A stretch of 64,000 nucleotides of DNA from an uncultured Oscillospiraceae bacterium (GTDB taxonomy: Bacteria > Bacillota > Clostridia > Oscillospirales > Ruminococcaceae): contig CAJTTB010000004.1 in the NCBI GenBank assembly GCA_910579175.1, forward strand, positions 89,468-153,467, in the 5' to 3' direction. Shown piece by piece: positions 60,079 to 64,000 of this stretch. The position numbers and the translations under genes were made by a program. The first letter of the stretch is position 1. Every line of letters begins with the position of its first letter. The notes beneath the pieces are model-generated. The model had not been told where the DNA came from and ran no database searches. It was given only the letters and a program-made list of their open reading frames with translations.

Positions 60079-60194
60079 GTTATATCATAATTGTAATTTA
60101 TATTGGTTTTTCATGGATATCAATGAAAATAGATTATCATAGCAATGGAGTGTTGCTTTTAAATATAGTTGATAAAAGTCAATGATGAGAAAGG

Positions 60195-61346
60195 ATGAAA
60201 AGAATGGATTTTCGAGAAGTAGGAAAAACTGGTTTAAAAAGCAGTGTTATTGGTCTAGGGTGTGAACATTTGGATGGAAAATCGTTTGAGCAGGTAAAGG
60301 AGACCATTGATGCTGCATTGGAAAATCAAATCAATTTATTAGACGTTTTTATGCCCGGAAAACAGGTGCGAGAACAGATTGCAAAAGCGTTGGGAAATCG
60401 TCGAGAACAGGTGATGATTCAAGGGCATATCGGTTCCACAAATGTTCGTCAACAGTATGATATTAGTAGAGATTTACCAATTGTAAAGCAGTATTTTGAG
60501 GAATTATTACATATATTTGGATATATTGATTTTGGTATGATGTTTTTTATTGATTCCGAAGATGATTATAAAGGTGTTTTTGAAACAGAATTTATTGATT
60601 ACGTTTTAAAGCTCAAGCGACAAGGAGATGTTCGCCATATTGGTTTTAGTTCGCATAATCCAACTATGGCAAAACGCATTATTGAAACTGGTGTTCCAGA
60701 AATGATGATGTTTAGTATCAATTTGGCTTTTGATTTGCACCCACTTGAGACCAATGTACTGGATACACTGGATCAAGGTTTTCAGACAGCTGCTTTTCAT
60801 GGAATTGACCCAAAGCGCACAGCATTATACCAGCTTTGTGAACAAAAGGGAATTGGTATTACGGTTATGAAAACATTGGGAGCAGGAAAATTAATTTCAG
60901 CTGAGCATACACCATTTCAAAGACCGATGACAATACCGCAGTGTATTCATTATGCACTTACACGCCCTGCGGTGGCGAGCGTATTGTTGGGCTGTCAATC
61001 TAGAATGGAAATACAAGATGCAATGAACTATTTTACAACCAGTGAACAAGAACGCGATTATACACATGTTATGAATACGCTTCAAAATGACTTTCAAGGG
61101 AATTGCGTTTATTGCAATCACTGTCAGCCCTGTCCTGTGGGCATTGATATTGCAGCGGTGAATAAGTATTTGGATATTGCAAAATTGGATAGAAATCAAA
61201 TACCACCATCTATTTATGCGCATTATGCTGCCCTAAAACATCATGGTGAGGATTGTATCAAGTGTGGAAGCTGTGAAAAACGTTGTCCATTTGGTGTACC
61301 AATTATAGAAAATATGAATACTGCTGATCAGTTGTTAAATAAATAA
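60195..61346 (+). CDS. Aldo/keto reductase with C-terminal 4Fe-4S dicluster
   Basis: S.IGLG, IGFSSH, GITVMK; CVYCNHCQPCP and CIKCGSCEKRCP. Confidence 0.93.
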   Translation: MKRMDFREVGKTGLKSSVIGLGCEHLDGKSFEQVKETIDAALENQINLLDVFMPGKQVREQIAKALGNRREQVMIQGHIGSTNVRQQYDISRDLPIVKQYFEELLHIFGYIDFGMMFFIDSEDDYKGVFETEFIDYVLKLKRQGDVRHIGFSSHNPTMAKRIIETGVPEMMMFSINLAFDLHPLETNVLDTLDQGFQTAAFHGIDPKRTALYQLCEQKGIGITVMKTLGAGKLISAEHTPFQRPMTIPQCIHYALTRPAVASVLLGCQSRMEIQDAMNYFTTSEQERDYTHVMNTLQNDFQGNCVYCNHCQPCPVGIDIAAVNKYLDIAKLDRNQIPPSIYAHYAALKHHGEDCIKCGSCEKRCPFGVPIIENMNTADQLLNK

Positions 61347-61350
61347 AGGG

Positions 61351-61383
61351 AAAAAATGACACTTTGTAAAGTGTCATTTTTTT
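61351..61383 (+). terminator. Terminator after AKR
   Basis: AAAAAATGACACTTT-gt-AAAGTGTCATTTTTT. Confidence 0.85.
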
Positions 61384-61955
61384 ATATGAAAACTGATAAC
61401 AGATTTATGTGTGAGTTATAGGGAATTTATCATAAAAAATAGGTTGGTTGATAAATTATTTTATGAGAAAGAAAAAAATAAAAATTCATTAGAATCATAC
61501 TTAATGTTTTTATACTAGTATCTTGTAAATTTGCACTATAAAAACAATATTTTATACCATATAGATATTATTTTTGGGAAGGGTATCTTGAAATTGGAAT
61601 GAATAATTTATATAATAAATATTGTATCAGTGATTGGTCATGAAAAATTTAAGGTAATTATATTATTTCATTAAAAAGTATACAATATCATTCTGATCAA
61701 GTGCAAATAAAAATTATGGAAAAAATATAAAAAAACAATTTTGTAGAATACAAAATTGTTTAAAATGTAAATGTTTTTTTGATTTTCTGTTTGTAATATA
61801 GATGAAAGAAAAGGTATACTTTTCCTTTCAAATTCTGTTAGGCATAAAAGAAAACAGCGTTTTAGAACAGAATCACTGTTAGAAATTGTTACATTAAATT
61901 TAAAGTAACAGCCAATCATGGCGGAAGCCGGATAATAAAAAAGGAGATGTATATT

Positions 61956-64000
61956 ATGAGTTCACGAAAAAAAAGACGTCTATTTTCCGTTTTGCTAGCA
62001 GGCATTATGACAATGTCAGTTGCTGCAAATGCACTACCAGTAGGAGCGGAAGTGCAGGAAAGTAATGGTCCTGTGATTGAAAACCCAATGGATCAAGAAG
62101 TATATAATGCTTCAACAAGTCCAACAAATGACCAAGTTTCTACAAGAAAAGCAGTTGGAAATGATGGTTCTGCTGAAATGAATGAAGCATATGCCAATAG
62201 AGAATCTTTAAAGCCAATTGGTCCATCTTTTAACGTTGCTACCATTCTAGAATGGACAGCAGAATCTGACCCAGACGCTCGTTATAGCAGAGCGAGTATT
62301 CCACTGGCAGAGAAAAAAGGTGGATTGGTTGTCAATCCGAAAGCAAATCCAGAAGCGAAGTTGATGTTGTGTTCTTTGGCAAATACACACCATGACAGTG
62401 CAAATGCACAAGGTACAGAATCCTTCTTGAGCTATTCTTTCAACTACTGGCAATATGTAGATTCTTTTATATATTGGTCTGGTTCTGAAGAGGGCTTATT
62501 CTGTATGCCTACAGGTGAATTTACCGACGCAGCTCATACCAATGGTGTTCCAGTAGTAGCTACTTTGGGATTTCCTTGGGGTTATGGAGATGGTTATGTA
62601 GAAGAAGTACAAGCATTTTGTCAAAAGGCAGCAGATGGAAGTTTCCCAGTTGCAGACAAAATGATTGAAATCATGGACTACTATGGATTTGATGGTTATT
62701 TCTTTAACCAGGAATCTTATGGCTGTGGACAAGCAGAAGCAGACTTAATTGATGAAATGATGCGCTATATGCACAAAAAACGTCCTAATATGTTGATTAG
62801 CTGGTATGACTCTATGACAAATTCAGGAGGAGTATCTTATCAGAATGCAGTAAACTCTAGAAATGACCGTTATATGAAACCAGATGACACCGGTAATTGG
62901 GGTGTTGATCAATTCATGATGAATTATAACTGGTACGACTCTCAGGTTAATACTACCATTTCAACATTAAAAGGTATGGGTAGAAGTCAGTATGACGGAT
63001 TTGCTGGATTGGATGTTCAGCAAAATGGTATGAATACTGCATTTAGAGATCATCAACTATTTGATGAAGATGGCTTATTAAAATTGTCCTTAGCGCTATA
63101 TTGTCCAAACTCCACTTTGGGAAAATCATCATCAGGAGAGAATTTCCATGAAATAGAACGTGAATTTTATGTAGGACCATCAGGCGATCCTCGTGAAGCT
63201 GCTTCTGACCCAACAGACTCACAAAATACTAACTGGGTTGGTATGTCTAGATTCTTTGCAGATAAAACTGTCATTACCAAAGCTCCATTTGTAACAAACT
63301 TCAATACAGGTCATGGAAGACAATACTTTGTAGATGGTGTGGCTTCTCGTGAAAAAGAGTGGAGCTATCAGTCTAATCAAGATGTGGTTCCTTCCTGGAC
63401 TTGGATTATTGATTCAGAAGGTGCAAAATTAGAAGGTGGATATGACTTTACTGATGCTTACAATGGCGGTAACTCTGTGAAGTTTGAAGGAAGCTTAACT
63501 GCAAATAAGGCAAATGATATTAAATTATATCATACCAATGTAGCAATTACGAATGGTATGAAATTGAGTTTAACTCATAAAAATTCTGGCGGAAAGATGA
63601 AGTTGGTCGCTTATTATGGTGATGCTACTACAACTTCCTTTGATGGTTGTACTACAACAGAACATGCTTTAACTGCAGAAGATACTGATAAATGGGGAAC
63701 TTCTGTGGTGGATCTTTCTTCTGATGCAGGAAAGACCTTAGTTGCAATTGGTTTAAAAATAGAAAGCGATGCAGATGTAGATAGTTATAAAGTAAATTTG
63801 GGTCAAATTAAATTGACTGAAAAAGATAGAGCAGCTTTAGCGGCTCCACAATCCATCACATTGGATGATATCTTATATACGGATACTAAAACTGCAGAAG
63901 CTCGTATTTATTGGGATAAAGTAACTGGTGCATCCTCCTATGAAGTATATCAAATACTCAAAGATGGAACGAAAAAGTTAATTATGGAAACCCCAAATAA
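61956..64000 (+). CDS. Secreted GH85 endo-beta-N-acetylglucosaminidase (5' part, runs off window)
   Basis: AAGGAG SD; signal peptide MSSRKKRRLFSVLLAG...; YWQYVD, AAHTNGVPV, YGFDGYFFNQE (catalytic NxE), WYDSM, NYNW; absent from ORF track. Confidence 0.92.
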   Translation, partial: MSSRKKRRLFSVLLAGIMTMSVAANALPVGAEVQESNGPVIENPMDQEVYNASTSPTNDQVSTRKAVGNDGSAEMNEAYANRESLKPIGPSFNVATILEWTAESDPDARYSRASIPLAEKKGGLVVNPKANPEAKLMLCSLANTHHDSANAQGTESFLSYSFNYWQYVDSFIYWSGSEEGLFCMPTGEFTDAAHTNGVPVVATLGFPWGYGDGYVEEVQAFCQKAADGSFPVADKMIEIMDYYGFDGYFFNQESYGCGQAEADLIDEMMRYMHKKRPNMLISWYDSMTNSGGVSYQNAVNSRNDRYMKPDDTGNWGVDQFMMNYNWYDSQVNTTISTLKGMGRSQYDGFAGLDVQQNGMNTAFRDHQLFDEDGLLKLSLALYCPNSTLGKSSSGENFHEIEREFYVGPSGDPREAASDPTDSQNTNWVGMSRFFADKTVITKAPFVTNFNTGHGRQYFVDGVASREKEWSYQSNQDVVPSWTWIIDSEGAKLEGGYDFTDAYNGGNSVKFEGSLTANKANDIKLYHTNVAITNGMKLSLTHKNSGGKMKLVAYYGDATTTSFDGCTTTEHALTAEDTDKWGTSVVDLSSDAGKTLVAIGLKIESDADVDSYKVNLGQIKLTEKDRAALAAPQSITLDDILYTDTKTAEARIYWDKVTGASSYEVYQILKDGTKKLIMETPN

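Noticed and set aside
59785..60090. 101-aa ORF in track
   Set aside because: Shadow of three tRNA genes.
59966..64000. Genomic island integrated at tRNA-Cys (no encoded CCA)
   Set aside because: No integrase or duplicated tRNA 3' end in the window; non-encoded CCA is common in Firmicutes.

Overview
AT-rich chromosomal window from a spore-forming Firmicute, most likely Clostridia (inferred from gene content, spoVM and sigmaA-type promoters). It is mostly housekeeping: priA(3' end)-def-fmt-Zn peptidase-rsmB-rlmN-stp-prkC-rsgA-thiN, spoVM, nfi plus two LTA-synthase-family genes, rny, rpmG-secE-nusG-rplKA-rplJL, xpt, gap, queA-tgt-mntP, a lysine riboswitch with asd-dapA-dapB, rplU-prp-rpmA-obgE-mrnC, lemA/TPM, decarboxylase-darA-holB-ricT, ferredoxin, a BusR-like regulator, hslO, three tRNAs and the 5' part of a secreted GH85 endoglycosidase. 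I found no CRISPR array, rRNA, prophage or intact transposase/recombinase. The most interesting signals are intergenic: (i) a promoter/31-aa peptide/hairpin unit bracketed by 21-bp inverted repeats upstream of xpt, and a similar IR-bracketed promoter ahead of an orphan Imm22-like gene, the two loci sharing a 16-mer (candidate invertons or small recombination cassettes); (ii) IS200/IS605 relics, including a right-end/omegaRNA-like sequence without tnpB inside the rplU-rpmA transcript; (iii) a 90-nt hairpin between the SD and start codon of ricT and an SD/anti-SD arrangement in the rny leader; (iv) apparent pseudo-enzymes (a histidine kinase without its His, a degenerate BirA); (v) small ORFs missed by the ORF track. 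All family calls are by eye, with no database searches.
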